From assembly GCA_027493405.1 (NCBI GenBank), contig JAOSKV010000001.1:1196355-1260354 (forward strand): 64,000 nt of DNA, read 5' to 3'. This stretch comes from Xanthobacteraceae bacterium. GTDB taxonomy: Bacteria > Pseudomonadota > Alphaproteobacteria > Rhizobiales > Xanthobacteraceae. This document shows, one piece after another, positions 21,741 through 31,024 of this stretch (position 1 is its first letter; every line of letters begins with the position of its first letter). Below the pieces are notes generated by a model, which worked only from the letters and a program-made list of their open reading frames with translations, made no database searches and had not been told where the DNA came from. Position numbers and translations under genes: made by a program.

Positions 21741-23084
21741 ATGCGCTACCTTCCGCTGACGCCCGAGGACCGGGGCCTGATGCTCGGCCGCATCGGCGTC
21801 GGCCGCATCGACGACCTGTTCGCCGACGTGCCGGCCGCCAAGCTGCTGCCGCGTGCCCCCGACCTCCCGCCGGCCGCGAGCGAGCTCGCGGTCGAGCGCA
21901 CGCTGGGCCGCATGGCGGGCCGCAACGTCGCGGCCGGCGCGGTGCCGTTCTTCGTCGGCTGCGGCGCCTACAAGCACCACGTGCCGGCGAGCGTCGACCA
22001 CCTGATCCAGCGCTCCGAGTTCCTCACCTCCTACACGCCCTATCAGCCCGAGATCGCCCAGGGCACGCTGCACTACCTGTTCGAGTTCCAGACCCAGGTC
22101 GCCATGCTGACCGGCATGGAGGTCGCCAATGCCTCCATGTATGACGGCTCCACCGCCACGGCCGAGGCCGTGCTGATGGCGCACCGCGTCACCCGGCGCC
22201 GCAAGGCCGTGCTCGCCGGCAACCTGCACCCCCACTATCGCGCGACTGTCGAGACCGTCTCGGCCATGTCGGATCACGCGGTCGCCGCGCTGCCGCCCCA
22301 GCCCGACGGGCGCGAGGACCTGCTCGCCGCGATCGACGGCGAGACCAGCTGCGTGGTGGTGCAGACGCCAGACCTCTACGGTCATCTCCACGACCTCGCG
22401 CCGATCGCCGAGAAGGCGCATGCCGCCGGCGCGCTCCTGGTTGCGGTGGTCACCGAGATCGTCTCGCTCGGGCTCGTCACGCCGCCCGGCGACATGGGCG
22501 CCGACATCGTCGTCGCCGAGGGCCAGTCGCTCGGCAATGCGCTGTCCTTCGGCGGCCCCTATGTGGGCCTGTTCGCGACCCGCGCGAGATACGTCCGCCA
22601 GATGCCGGGCCGCCTGGTCGGCGAGACGCTCGACGCCGAGGGCCGGCGCGGCTTCGTGCTCACGCTGTCGACCCGCGAGCAGCACATCCGCCGCGAGAAG
22701 GCGACCTCGAACATCTGCACCAATTCGGGCCTGTGCACGCTCGCCTTCACGATCCATCTCACGCTGCTGGGCGAGGCCGGGCTGCGCCGTCTCGCGCGCG
22801 TCAACCACGCCAATGCGGTGCGCCTCGCCGACATGCTCTCCGCGGTGCCCGGCGTGAAGGTGCTCAACGACACCTTTTTCAACGAGTTCGCGGTCCGGCT
22901 TCCCGGCAACGCCGCCGGGATCGTCGAGCGCCTGGCGGCGCGCGGCGTCCTCGCCGGCGTCCCGGTCTCGCGCCTGGAGCCGGCCCGCCCCGAGCTCGCC
23001 GACCTCGCCATCGTCGCCGCGACCGAGGTGAACACGGATGCGGATCGCGCCGCCTATGTCGCGGCGCTGCAGGAGGTGCTGTGA
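21741..23084 (+). CDS. gcvPA: glycine dehydrogenase (aminomethyl-transferring) subunit 1
   Basis: [11 protein letters not shown]..., [27 protein letters not shown]. Confidence 0.93.
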   Translation: MRYLPLTPEDRGLMLGRIGVGRIDDLFADVPAAKLLPRAPDLPPAASELAVERTLGRMAGRNVAAGAVPFFVGCGAYKHHVPASVDHLIQRSEFLTSYTPYQPEIAQGTLHYLFEFQTQVAMLTGMEVANASMYDGSTATAEAVLMAHRVTRRRKAVLAGNLHPHYRATVETVSAMSDHAVAALPPQPDGREDLLAAIDGETSCVVVQTPDLYGHLHDLAPIAEKAHAAGALLVAVVTEIVSLGLVTPPGDMGADIVVAEGQSLGNALSFGGPYVGLFATRARYVRQMPGRLVGETLDAEGRRGFVLTLSTREQHIRREKATSNICTNSGLCTLAFTIHLTLLGEAGLRRLARVNHANAVRLADMLSAVPGVKVLNDTFFNEFAVRLPGNAAGIVERLAARGVLAGVPVSRLEPARPELADLAIVAATEVNTDADRAAYVAALQEVL

Positions 23085-24646
23085 TGCTGAACCGCCAGGG
23101 CCGGCAGACCGACACGGGCGAGGCCGCGGCGGCGGCGCCCGGCACCTTCACGGGCAACCGGGCGCTGCGTATCGAGGAGGCCCTGATCTTCGAGATCGGT
23201 CGTCCCGAGGTGACCGGGGTCGATCTCGAGGAAGGCGACGGCGTGGTGCCGCGCCTCGGCGGCCTCGAGCGCGCCGCACGGATCGGCCTGCCCGGCCTCT
23301 CCGAGCCCGAGACGCTGCGCCACTATGTGCGCCTGTCGCGCATGAACTACGGCATCGACACCGGCGTGTTCCCGCTCGGCTCCTGCACCATGAAGCACAA
23401 TCCGCGCCTCAACGAGAAGATGGCGCGGCTGCCGGGCTTCGGCGACGTGCATCCGCTGCAGCCGGCCTCCACCGTCCCGGGCGCGCTCGAGCTGATGGCC
23501 GAGCTCGGACGCTGGCTCTGCGTGCTCACCGGCATGCCGGCGGTGGCGCTCTCGCCCAAGGCGGGCGCGCACGGCGAGCTGTGCGGCATGATGGCGATCA
23601 AGGCGGCGCTCGCGGCGCGCGGCGAGAAACGCTCCCTGGTGCTGGTCCCCGAGTCGGCCCACGGCACCAACCCGGCGACCGCGGCGCTGCTCGGCTACCG
23701 GGTCGAGACCGTGCCGGCGCGCTCCGACGGCACGGTCGACCCCGCCGAGGTCGAGAAGCATCTTTCGCCCGACGTCGCCGCCGTCATGCTCACCAATCCC
23801 AACACCTGCGGGCTGTTCGAGCGCGACGTGGTGGCGATCGCCGATGCCGTGCACCGGGCCGGCGCCTACTTCTATGCCGACGGCGCCAACTTCAACGCCA
23901 TCGTCGGCAAGGCGCTGCCGGGCGAGCTCGGCGTCGACGCCATGCACATCAACCTGCACAAGACCTTCTCGACGCCGCATGGCGGCGGCGGGCCGGGCGC
24001 CGGGCCCGTGACGCTCTCGGCCGCGCTCGCGCCCTTCGCGCCGGTGCCCTACGTCACCCTGGAGGGCGGCACGCCGCGGCTGGTCGAGCACGCGGGCGAG
24101 GGCGAAGCGGGCCGCGCGCCCTTCGGCCGGCTCAGCGCCTTCCACGGCCAGATGGGCATGTTCGTGCGCGCCATGAGCTACATGCTGGCGCACGGCTCCG
24201 ACGGCATGCGGCAGGCCTCCGAGGACGCCGTGCTCGCCGCCAACTACCTGCGCGCCGGCCTCAAGGACCTGATGTCGCTGCCCTTCGGCGACCGGCCCTG
24301 CATGCACGAGGTCCTGTTCGACGACCATTGGCTCGACGGCACCGGCCTCACCACCCTCGATTTCGCCAAGGCGATGATCGACGAGGGCTATCACCCGATG
24401 ACGGTCTATTTCCCGCTCGTCGTGCACGGCGCCATGCTGATCGAGCCGACCGAGTCCGAGAGCAAGGCGTCGCTCGACCTGTTCGTCGCGGCGCTGCGCG
24501 ACCTCGCCATGGCGGCCCGTCGCGGCGACAAGGCGCGCTTCACCGGCGCGCCGCACTACGCGCCGCGCCGGCGCCTCGACGAGACGCGCGCCGCGCGGAC
24601 GCCGGTGCTGCGCTGGACGCCCCCGCAGCCGCAGGCCGCCGAGTAG
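23084..24646 (+). CDS. gcvPB: glycine dehydrogenase (aminomethyl-transferring) subunit 2
   Basis: The start overlaps the gcvPA stop (TGATG). LGSCTMKHNP..., NLHKTFSTPHGGGGPG (PLP lysine region). Confidence 0.93.
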   Translation: MLNRQGRQTDTGEAAAAAPGTFTGNRALRIEEALIFEIGRPEVTGVDLEEGDGVVPRLGGLERAARIGLPGLSEPETLRHYVRLSRMNYGIDTGVFPLGSCTMKHNPRLNEKMARLPGFGDVHPLQPASTVPGALELMAELGRWLCVLTGMPAVALSPKAGAHGELCGMMAIKAALAARGEKRSLVLVPESAHGTNPATAALLGYRVETVPARSDGTVDPAEVEKHLSPDVAAVMLTNPNTCGLFERDVVAIADAVHRAGAYFYADGANFNAIVGKALPGELGVDAMHINLHKTFSTPHGGGGPGAGPVTLSAALAPFAPVPYVTLEGGTPRLVEHAGEGEAGRAPFGRLSAFHGQMGMFVRAMSYMLAHGSDGMRQASEDAVLAANYLRAGLKDLMSLPFGDRPCMHEVLFDDHWLDGTGLTTLDFAKAMIDEGYHPMTVYFPLVVHGAMLIEPTESESKASLDLFVAALRDLAMAARRGDKARFTGAPHYAPRRRLDETRAARTPVLRWTPPQPQAAE

Positions 24647-24668
24647 CGCTCGCCGCCGCGCGTCTCCG

Positions 24669-24699
24669 AAAAAGCGAAGCGCGCCCCGGAGGGCGCGCT
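24669..24699 (-). terminator. intrinsic terminator after atpF (in the gap convergent with gcvPB)
   Basis: Minus strand: AGCGCGCCC-TCCG-GGGCGCGCT, then TCGCTTTTTC. Confidence 0.65.
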
Positions 24700-24724
24700 C
24701 GAACCGGTCGCAGTCCGCGAAGCC

Positions 24725-25207
24725 TCAGTTCAGCTTGCTCTTCACGTCGCGGATGCCCTCGGCGATCAGGTCGTCGGCCACCTTGCCCTTCACGGTGTCG
24801 GTGAGGATCCGCTCGGCGGCGCGCACCGCCGCCTCCGCGGCCGCGGCGCGCACGTCGGCGAGCGCCTGCTGCTCGGCCTGGGCGATCTTGGTCTCGGCGA
24901 GCTGCGTGCGGCGCGCGACGAACTCCTCCATCTTGCCCTTCGCCTCCTCGGCGATGCGCTCGGCCTCGTCCCGCGCGCTCTCGATGATCGCTTCCGCCTC
25001 GCGTTCGGCTTCCCGCTGCTTGCGCTGGTACTCGGCGAGGAGCTTCTGCGCCTCCTCCTTGAGCCGGCGCGCCTCGTCGAGCTCGGCCTTGATGCGCTGG
25101 CTGCGGTCGTCCAGCGACTTCAGGACCATCTGCGGCGCCCCGACATAGACCAGGATGCCGATGAAGATCAGGAAGGCGACCGCGACCCAGAAGGTCTCGT
25201 CGATCAT
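24725..25207 (-). CDS. atpF: F0F1 ATP synthase subunit b
   Basis: [21 protein letters not shown]... followed by a long charged coiled coil. The ORF track start at 25330 adds 41 implausible residues. Confidence 0.9.
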   Translation of the reverse strand: MIDETFWVAVAFLIFIGILVYVGAPQMVLKSLDDRSQRIKAELDEARRLKEEAQKLLAEYQRKQREAEREAEAIIESARDEAERIAEEAKGKMEEFVARRTQLAETKIAQAEQQALADVRAAAAEAAVRAAERILTDTVKGKVADDLIAEGIRDVKSKLN

Positions 25208-25217
25208 GGGTTGTTCC

Positions 25218-25754
25218 TCAGCGCTTGAGCGCGTCTTCGACCGCGGACTCGACGCTGCCTGCCGCCGGCGTCGTGCCGAGCAGGCGCTCCACGATCGCGG
25301 CGGCCGCCTCGACCGCGATGCCGTGCACATTGGCCATCGCCGCCGCCTTGGTCGCCGCGATGGTGCGCTCGGCCTCCGCCAGCTTGCCGTTGAGCTGCTG
25401 CTCGAGCGCCCTGCGGCGCTCCTCGGCCTCGGCGCCCATCCGCTCGCGCGTCTCGTTGGCGATCGCCTGGGCGCGGCCGCGCGCGTCGGCGAGCGCCTTC
25501 TCGTAGTTCGCCAAGGCGCCTTCCGACTCGTCCTTGAAGCGTTGCGCCTCGGCGAGGTCGTCGGCGATGCGGTCGCGCCGCTCCTCGAAGATCGACGCGA
25601 TCCGCGGCAGCGCGACCCGCGACATCAGCAGGTAGAGCCCGACGAAGGCGATCGCGAGCCACACCAGCTGGGACGCGAAGGTCTCGACCTGGAACGGCGG
25701 GAAGGCGGGCTTCCCGGGCGGCGCTCCGGTCTGCGCACTGGTCGTCACGGCCAT
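25218..25754 (-). CDS. atpF2: F0F1 ATP synthase subunit b-prime
   Basis: One TM ([15 protein letters not shown]) plus a coiled coil. The position between atpE and atpF is typical of alphaproteobacteria. Confidence 0.88.
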   Translation of the reverse strand: MAVTTSAQTGAPPGKPAFPPFQVETFASQLVWLAIAFVGLYLLMSRVALPRIASIFEERRDRIADDLAEAQRFKDESEGALANYEKALADARGRAQAIANETRERMGAEAEERRRALEQQLNGKLAEAERTIAATKAAAMANVHGIAVEAAAAIVERLLGTTPAAGSVESAVEDALKR

Positions 25755-25821
25755 CTGGCCACTCCAGGGATCGGGGCGAGCGGCGCGGCCGCTCGCACGG
25801 ACACGGGAGCCGTCGCGCCGG

Positions 25822-26049
25822 TCAGAGCGCGAACAGCAGCAAGAGCGCGATCAGCAGCGAGAAGATGCCGAGCGCCTCGGTCACGGCGAAGCCGAAGATC
25901 AGGTTGCCGAACTGGCCCTGGGCCGCCGACGGATTGCGCAGCGCGGCCGACAGGTACTGGCCGAAGATCACGCCCACGCCGACGCCGGCGCCGCCCATGC
26001 CGATGCAAGCGATACCAGCGCCGATGAACTTCGCGGCGGTCGGATCCAT
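25822..26049 (-). CDS. atpE: F0F1 ATP synthase subunit c
   Basis: 75 aa. [17 protein letters not shown]...RNP...[10 protein letters not shown] (proton-binding Glu). Confidence 0.93.
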   Translation of the reverse strand: MDPTAAKFIGAGIACIGMGGAGVGVGVIFGQYLSAALRNPSAAQGQFGNLIFGFAVTEALGIFSLLIALLLLFAL

Positions 26050-26091
26050 GAGGAACTCCTTCTTCGATGGTTTGTGAGGCAGGGACGGGCG

Positions 26092-26841
26092 TCAATGGCC
26101 CGGGTGGATTGCATCGTTGAGATAGATGCAGGTGAGAATGGTGAACACGTAGGCCTGCAGGAACGCCACCAGCAGCTCCAGCGCGGTGAGCGCCACCACC
26201 AGGGCGAGCGGCAGGGCGGCGCCGATCCAGCCCGCGATGCCGAAGCCCGCCAGCATGGTCACGAAGCTCGCGAACACCTTGAGCGTGATGTGCCCGGCCA
26301 GCATGTTCGCGAACAGGCGGATCGAGTGCGACACCGGCCGCGAGAGGAACGACAGCACCTCGATGAACACGATCAGCGGCAGGATGTAGATCGGAATGCC
26401 GCTCGGCACGAACAGCTTCAGGAATTTCAGCCCGTTCTTCCAGAAGCCGTACACCAGCACCGTGACGAAGACGAGCAGCGCCAGCGAGACCGTGACGATG
26501 ATGTGGCTCGTCACCGTGAAGGTGTAGGGGACCAGCCCGATCACGTTGGCGACCAGGATGAACATGAACAACGAGAACACGAGGGGGAAGAACTTCATCC
26601 CCTCGGTGCCGGCGGTACTTCGTATCGTGTTGGCGACGAACTCGTAGGACAGCTCCGCGACCGACTGCAGCCGCCCGGGCACCAGGCCGCGGCCGCTGGT
26701 CGAGCCGATCACCAGCGCGCTGATGAGGCCGACGGAGATCACCATGAACAGCGCCGAGTTCGTGAATGCGATCTCGTGGCCGCCGATATTGCCGATGGTG
26801 AAGAGCTTCTTGATTTCGAACTGGTGGATCGGGTCGGCCAT
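26092..26841 (-). CDS. atpB: F0F1 ATP synthase subunit a
   Basis: [14 protein letters not shown]...AFTNSALFM...[14 protein letters not shown]. There is an alternative upstream ATG at 26871. Confidence 0.92.
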   Translation of the reverse strand: MADPIHQFEIKKLFTIGNIGGHEIAFTNSALFMVISVGLISALVIGSTSGRGLVPGRLQSVAELSYEFVANTIRSTAGTEGMKFFPLVFSLFMFILVANVIGLVPYTFTVTSHIIVTVSLALLVFVTVLVYGFWKNGLKFLKLFVPSGIPIYILPLIVFIEVLSFLSRPVSHSIRLFANMLAGHITLKVFASFVTMLAGFGIAGWIGAALPLALVVALTALELLVAFLQAYVFTILTCIYLNDAIHPGH

Positions 26842-26895
26842 GACCGGTGCGGTCCCGTCTCGTCTGCCCATGCGCGCCGGAGGATCCGGCGCCCT

Positions 26896-27288
26896 TCAGT
26901 CTTTGCGCCGCTCGGCCGTGCTGTCCGGAACACCGCCGGACATCAGCCCCGCCGAGCGCATCACGTTGAGGACGCCCGCGGCGAAGCCGAGCAACAGGAA
27001 CAGCATCAGCCCCCACGGCAAGGTCCCGAGCCAGCGGTCGATCAGCCAGCCGAGACCCGCTCCGACCAGCACGCCGGCGACGAGTTCGCTGGAGAGCCGG
27101 AAGCCGCGTGCCCAACCCGATGCGGACGCCGATGCGTCGGCGGAAGACCGGACGGGGCCCGGTTCCGGGGAGCGGCTCGGACCGACCTGGTCCAGCCGAC
27201 GACCGAGACGCGCGAGCCTCGCGGAGAGAGCAGCCTCGTCTGCCGGTGGGGATTCCGGATCGTGCTTGTCGCGCGTGCCGTCGGACAT
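26896..27288 (-). CDS. atpI: AtpZ/AtpI family protein (ATP synthase protein I)
   Basis: The C-terminal half has two TM segments (SELVAGVLVGAGLGWLIDRWLGTLPWGLMLFLLLGFAAGVLNV). It is the first gene of the F0 operon. Confidence 0.8.
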   Translation of the reverse strand: MSDGTRDKHDPESPPADEAALSARLARLGRRLDQVGPSRSPEPGPVRSSADASASASGWARGFRLSSELVAGVLVGAGLGWLIDRWLGTLPWGLMLFLLLGFAAGVLNVMRSAGLMSGGVPDSTAERRKD

Positions 27289-27357
27289 GCTCTCGACACC
27301 CGCAAGAAACCAAGGAAATCCGGGTGTTTTTCCCGCCCAGCCCCCGAAGCCGCGCGG

Positions 27358-27385
27358 ACCATACTGACCGCCTCCCCCCTGTCAA
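27358..27385 (-). promoter_or_regulatory. candidate sigma70-type promoter of the atpI operon
   Basis: Minus strand: TTGACA, 16 nt, TATGGT, about 70 nt upstream of the atpI ATG. Sequence match only. Confidence 0.3.
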
Positions 27386-27584
27386 GAATTGGGCAGCCTT
27401 GTGCAACGTCTTTTAAGTCATTGAAATGTTGGATGGAACGGCCGACCGCGATCGTGTCGCAGGGACACCGGCCGGGGCCGGTCGTGTGCACTGCGGGAGC
27501 CGCGGGCGCGCGCGGCGCGCCCTGTCCTGCCTTGGCGACGCCGCAAATCCCACCCATCTGAGCCGGAAGGATCGGGAGGTCGTC

Positions 27585-28031
27585 ATGCGTGTCGTCGCAC
27601 TGTTTCTCCTCGCGGCCGTCGGCCTCGCCGCCGTGCCGGCCCGGGCCCAGGCGCCGGACACGGAGAACGGCCGCTACAGCTTTCACCAGGTCGGCGAGGG
27701 CATGCTGCGGCTCGACAGCCGCAGCGGCCAGGTCTCGCTCTGCGCCAAGCAGCCGAGCGGCTGGAGCTGCACTGCCGTGCCGGACGACCGCGTCGCGCTG
27801 GAAAGCGAGATCGCCCGCCTGCAACGCGAGAACGGCGCGCTCAAGAAGGAGATGCTCGCCCGCGGCGTGCCGCTGCCGGGCGGCGTGACGGCGGATCAGC
27901 CGGGCCCCGCGCGCGAGCTCCAGCTGCGCATGCCGCTGCCGAGCGACGCCGAGATCGACCGCGTGATGAGCGTGTTCGAGAAGATGTGGCGGCGCCTCGT
28001 CGACATGGTGCAGAAGTCCGAGAAGCTCTGA
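27585..28031 (+). CDS. secreted hypothetical protein with a coiled-coil segment
   Basis: GGGAGG RBS. Signal peptide MRVVALFLLAAVGLAAVPARAQA, two Cys, and ALESEIARLQRENGALKKEM. Confidence 0.75.
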   Translation: MRVVALFLLAAVGLAAVPARAQAPDTENGRYSFHQVGEGMLRLDSRSGQVSLCAKQPSGWSCTAVPDDRVALESEIARLQRENGALKKEMLARGVPLPGGVTADQPGPARELQLRMPLPSDAEIDRVMSVFEKMWRRLVDMVQKSEKL

Positions 28032-28039
28032 GCCGCCGC

Positions 28040-28440
28040 TCAGGAGGCGGGCCAGGAAGTCCTCGATCCGCCGCGAGCGCCGCATCGCGCATCGCGCTCG
28101 GAAAGTTCACCAGCCCGTGCGGGCCTCCCGGGTAGACGTGCAGCCTCCGTCTCGTTGCCGGCGGCCAGCCGGCGCGGCGCCATGAACAACGTGTCGTCGA
28201 GCGGCGGGTCGCGCGTGCCGACCGTGAAGATCGCCGGCGGCAGGCCGCCGAGGTGCGCATGGAGCGGCGAGACGTCCGGCTCGCGCAGCTCGCCGCCGCG
28301 CGTCAGGCGCACGAGCCAGAGCGCCGATCGCCTCGCAGGCGCGGAGCCGGTTCGGAAAAAGAATCGGCGCGCGAGGTCCGGGATGACCGGGCTCCCGCGC
28401 GCCGCCAGCCCCCCAGCTGGCTGCGACCTCGGCGGCACTC
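28040..28440 (-). pseudogene. remnant of an alpha/beta-hydrolase (esterase/lipase, Abhydrolase_3-like) gene; C-terminal part only, spread over three frames
   Basis: Frame-hopping pieces: ...PDVSPLHAHLGGLPPAIFTVGTRDPPLDDTLFMA..AAGNETE / LHVYPGGPHGLVNFPSAMRDAA / RRIEDFLARLLSGG. No intact N-terminal catalytic half could be found upstream. Confidence 0.55.
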
Positions 28441-28613
28441 ATGCGTGGTGGGGTGTGCCGTCGGGGGCGCCTCGTCACGCAGGCTGGCGAGGGCCGCCCG
28501 GCGCGACAACACCCAAACGGGTGTTGACCGTGGATCCGCCTGCAGCGCCGGGCGCGTGGCCGCGAACCGGGACGAGGCGTGCGCCGGCGCCCCCGGGTGT
28601 GCGAGGATCGGAC

Positions 28614-29078
28614 ATGGCGGACGGACCTTTTCGGATTCGCAGCTTCACGCCGCAGGCGGTCGCGACCGGGACGCTCGTCGTCGACACGCCCGGCGAGGGA
28701 CTGACCGAGATCACCCGCGAGGTCGCGCGCTTCCTCGACCAGGCCGCGGCGCAGGACGGCGCGCTGCTGGCGTTCCTGCGCCACACCTCGGCATCGCTGG
28801 TGATTCAGGAGAACGCCGACCCGGACGTGCGGACCGACCTGCGGACCGCCTTGCGCCGGCTCGCGCCCGCCGACGCCGGCTGGATCCACGATGTCGAGGG
28901 GCCGGACGACATGCCGGCCCATGTGAAGACCATGCTGACGGGGGTGTCCCTGCACGTTCCGGTCGTCGGTGGCGCGCTCGCGCTCGGCACCTGGCAGGGC
29001 ATCTATCTGGCGGAGCACCGCGCGCGTCCGCACCGCCGCGAGGTGATCCTGCAGTTCATCGGCCGTTGCCGGCCGTGA
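28614..29078 (+). CDS. YjbQ family (UPF0047) secondary thiamine-phosphate synthase enzyme
   Basis: ...LAFLRHTSASLVIQENADPDVRTDL...DDMPAHVKTMLTGVSLHVPV...LGTWQGIYLAEHR. Confidence 0.88.
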   Translation: MADGPFRIRSFTPQAVATGTLVVDTPGEGLTEITREVARFLDQAAAQDGALLAFLRHTSASLVIQENADPDVRTDLRTALRRLAPADAGWIHDVEGPDDMPAHVKTMLTGVSLHVPVVGGALALGTWQGIYLAEHRARPHRREVILQFIGRCRP

Positions 29079-29118
29079 GGCGCGCGCGGTGACCCGGTGC
29101 GCTGCGCCGGCCTCGCGC

Positions 29119-29385
29119 TCAGCGGCGCCGCTTCGCTTCCACGACGCTCAGGCGCGCCTCGCGCGTGACCCTGGCGAGCCAGAACAGCGTGATCGCGAAC
29201 ACGATCACGGCCGCCTGGATCGGCATGTAGAGGCTCAGCGGCAGCTCCAGCCCGGGCACCACGATCCTCTCGAGCGCCTTGGCGAAACTGTTGACCACGA
29301 AGAAGAATGCGAGCCAGAGCCCGAACATGACCAGCATCAGGTTCTTGAACCTGGTCCAGTGGGCCCAACCGGTGAGGTTCCGCAT
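29119..29385 (-). CDS. DUF4212 domain protein (putative solute:sodium symporter small subunit); orphan copy
   Basis: The 88-aa product MRNLTGWAHWTRFKNLMLVMFGLWLAFFFVV...LPLSLYMPIQAAVIVFAITLF aligns with the DUF4212 protein at 33418..33684 (AHW.R..NLML..G.W..F...PL..YM..Q....F.I.LF). GAGGG lies 9 nt upstream of the ATG. Confidence 0.8.
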   Translation of the reverse strand: MRNLTGWAHWTRFKNLMLVMFGLWLAFFFVVNSFAKALERIVVPGLELPLSLYMPIQAAVIVFAITLFWLARVTREARLSVVEAKRRR

Positions 29386-29673
29386 CGTCTTGCCCTCGTC
29401 GCGACGGGGTGCAATCGAGCCGGAATGGCTCGATCCCCCTTGAAGGTTCGAACCAGCCGCGGAAGCGTCGCCCGCTTGGTGCCGGTCGATGACCGGTGGC
29501 CACGGGCTGCCCGCGACCACAGGGCGCGATCCGCCCCGCTGCGACCGAGTGTGCGATTCAATCGTTAACGAGCGCTAACCCGCGGAACCCGGTCGACTAC
29601 GTAGGGCGGCCAATGCGGCCGGCACCAAGCAGAACGTGTCGAGCGGCGCGGAGTTCCCGCCGCGATGCCGCGC

Positions 29674-30036
29674 TCACACGAAGGAGAAGAGCCCGGCCAG
29701 GATCCACATGACGATCGAGATCGCCGAGGTCCACATCGCGAAGGTCAGGTAGGTGTCGCGCAGGATCGTCGCGGTCGCCCACTGCGCATAGGCTTCGGGC
29801 GGGCGGAAGTCCTTGGGCAGATAGAGCCACATCTCGGTCTTGCGATGATCCTTGGTCAGCGCCTCGCGCGACTTCAGGATCAGGATGAGCGCCATCAGCG
29901 TCGTCAGCATCCCGCCGGCCTGGAACGAGGCGCGGGCGTTGAACGACAAGCCGACCATCACGCAGAAGATCGCGAGCGAGCCGAAGCCGCAGGCGCGCAA
30001 GACGGTCTCGAACGCGACACGGCGCATGTGCTCCAT
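29674..30036 (-). CDS. hypothetical membrane protein (paralog of 30090..30515)
   Basis: 120 aa with 3 predicted TM segments. Shares RR.A....R..GF..LA....MVG.SF...L.LIL....LT.D...E.W..L....PP...WA...R..L.FA with the upstream gene. Confidence 0.7.
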   Translation of the reverse strand: MEHMRRVAFETVLRACGFGSLAIFCVMVGLSFNARASFQAGGMLTTLMALILILKSREALTKDHRKTEMWLYLPKDFRPPEAYAQWATATILRDTYLTFAMWTSAISIVMWILAGLFSFV

Positions 30037-30089
30037 GCTGGCCCTCCCCCCGAACGCGGCGACGCGCAGGCGCCGATCTTAGCGAAGCG

Positions 30090-30515
30090 TCAGCGCATCG
30101 ACATAGTCACAGCCGCGTGTGAGACGGGAGGCGCCAGCGCTTGCGTGGTGGACACCGGCTCGTTGAGGGCAAGCGAGGAGGCCGACAGGACGACCGCCAT
30201 GCCGGCCGCCCCCTTGGCGAAGCGCAGCAGCAGCTCCCGGAAGGTGTCCCGGGCCCAGCCCGGGTCCGGGGGCGGGGGCTGATCCTCCAGGTGCTTCAGG
30301 AGCTTCCAGGGCTCGACCCGGGTCACCCGGTCGGCGGTGAGCAGCACCGCGCGCAGGATCAGCACGAGTGCGTAGGCGAGGGCGATGTTGGCCGCGATGC
30401 CGAAGGCGATCGCCGGCTGGAAGCTGAAGCCGACCATCAGGGTGGCGGCCGCCAGGGTGACGAAGCCGGCGTCGCGCGCCAGTGCGAACACGGCGAATCG
30501 GCGAAACGGGTCCAT
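30090..30515 (-). CDS. hypothetical membrane protein (paralog of 29674..30036)
   Basis: The ATG at 30515 has GGAGAT 7 nt upstream (alternative start 30545). Same TM layout and motif pattern as the downstream gene, plus a longer C-terminal tail. Confidence 0.7.
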   Translation of the reverse strand: MDPFRRFAVFALARDAGFVTLAAATLMVGFSFQPAIAFGIAANIALAYALVLILRAVLLTADRVTRVEPWKLLKHLEDQPPPPDPGWARDTFRELLLRFAKGAAGMAVVLSASSLALNEPVSTTQALAPPVSHAAVTMSMR

Positions 30516-30690
30516 GGCGCCATCTCCGCTGCGACACCAGGGCATCCTTTCCCAAACCCGCGAGGCGGTCCGCGGTTCCGCCTGCCGGGGCGGCGAATCA
30601 TAGACCCTGTGCTGTGGCGGCTTTGCGGCCGGCCGGCGCAGCGGCGGGGGCGCGGCCGTCCGGGGTGAGCCGCAGCCGCAGGCGGCGGCG

Positions 30691-31014
30691 CTACAGGCCG
30701 ATCTCGAGGAAATTGCCGATCGCCGGTATCGCCAGGATGGCGGTGCCGGCGAGCCAGATCCACAGCGAGGCCTCGGTCGAGTCCCCCTGGACGCCGGCGA
30801 AGCGCTCGTAGATGGCGGCCGGGATCCCGCCGACGATCACGGTGGCAGTCCCGAGCATGAGAGAGGAGAAGTAGAGGATGAGGGACTCGCTGCCGAACAG
30901 CGGGACCACCATGAACATCTTTGCGAAGATGTAGGCGAACACGCGCAACGGGCTGAACATGCCGTTGATCATGCCGAAGAAGGCGATGCCGATGTAGTAG
31001 AATTGGTGGTTCAT
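30691..31014 (-). CDS. hypothetical small membrane protein (107 aa)
   Basis: Three or four hydrophobic segments. Lower GC than the surroundings. Starts 10 nt after the YggT-like gene. Confidence 0.65.
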   Translation of the reverse strand: MNHQFYYIGIAFFGMINGMFSPLRVFAYIFAKMFMVVPLFGSESLILYFSSLMLGTATVIVGGIPAAIYERFAGVQGDSTEASLWIWLAGTAILAIPAIGNFLEIGL

Positions 31015-31024
31015 CGCGCGCCCC

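Noticed and set aside
25745-27561. Long ORFs (553 aa minus, 495 aa plus) spanning the ATP synthase F0 operon
   Set aside because: They are off-frame or antisense to clearly recognisable atpE, atpB and atpI. Their composition is Arg/Gly-rich nonsense.
28440-28613. TPP-riboswitch-like fragments upstream of yjbQ (GGGGTGTGCC ... ACACCC ... TTGACCGTGGATCCGCC..GCGCCGGGCG)
   Set aside because: The invariant CUGAGA pyrimidine-sensing element and the terminal AGGGA are missing, and I could not draw the P1-P5 pairings. The region also overlaps esterase-remnant sequence. A covariance-model scan would settle it.
29440-29460. GGTTCGAA T-loop-like motif (also at about 34025-34035) that could hint at a tRNA
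   Set aside because: The flanks provide no T-stem complementarity, acceptor stem or anticodon arm.
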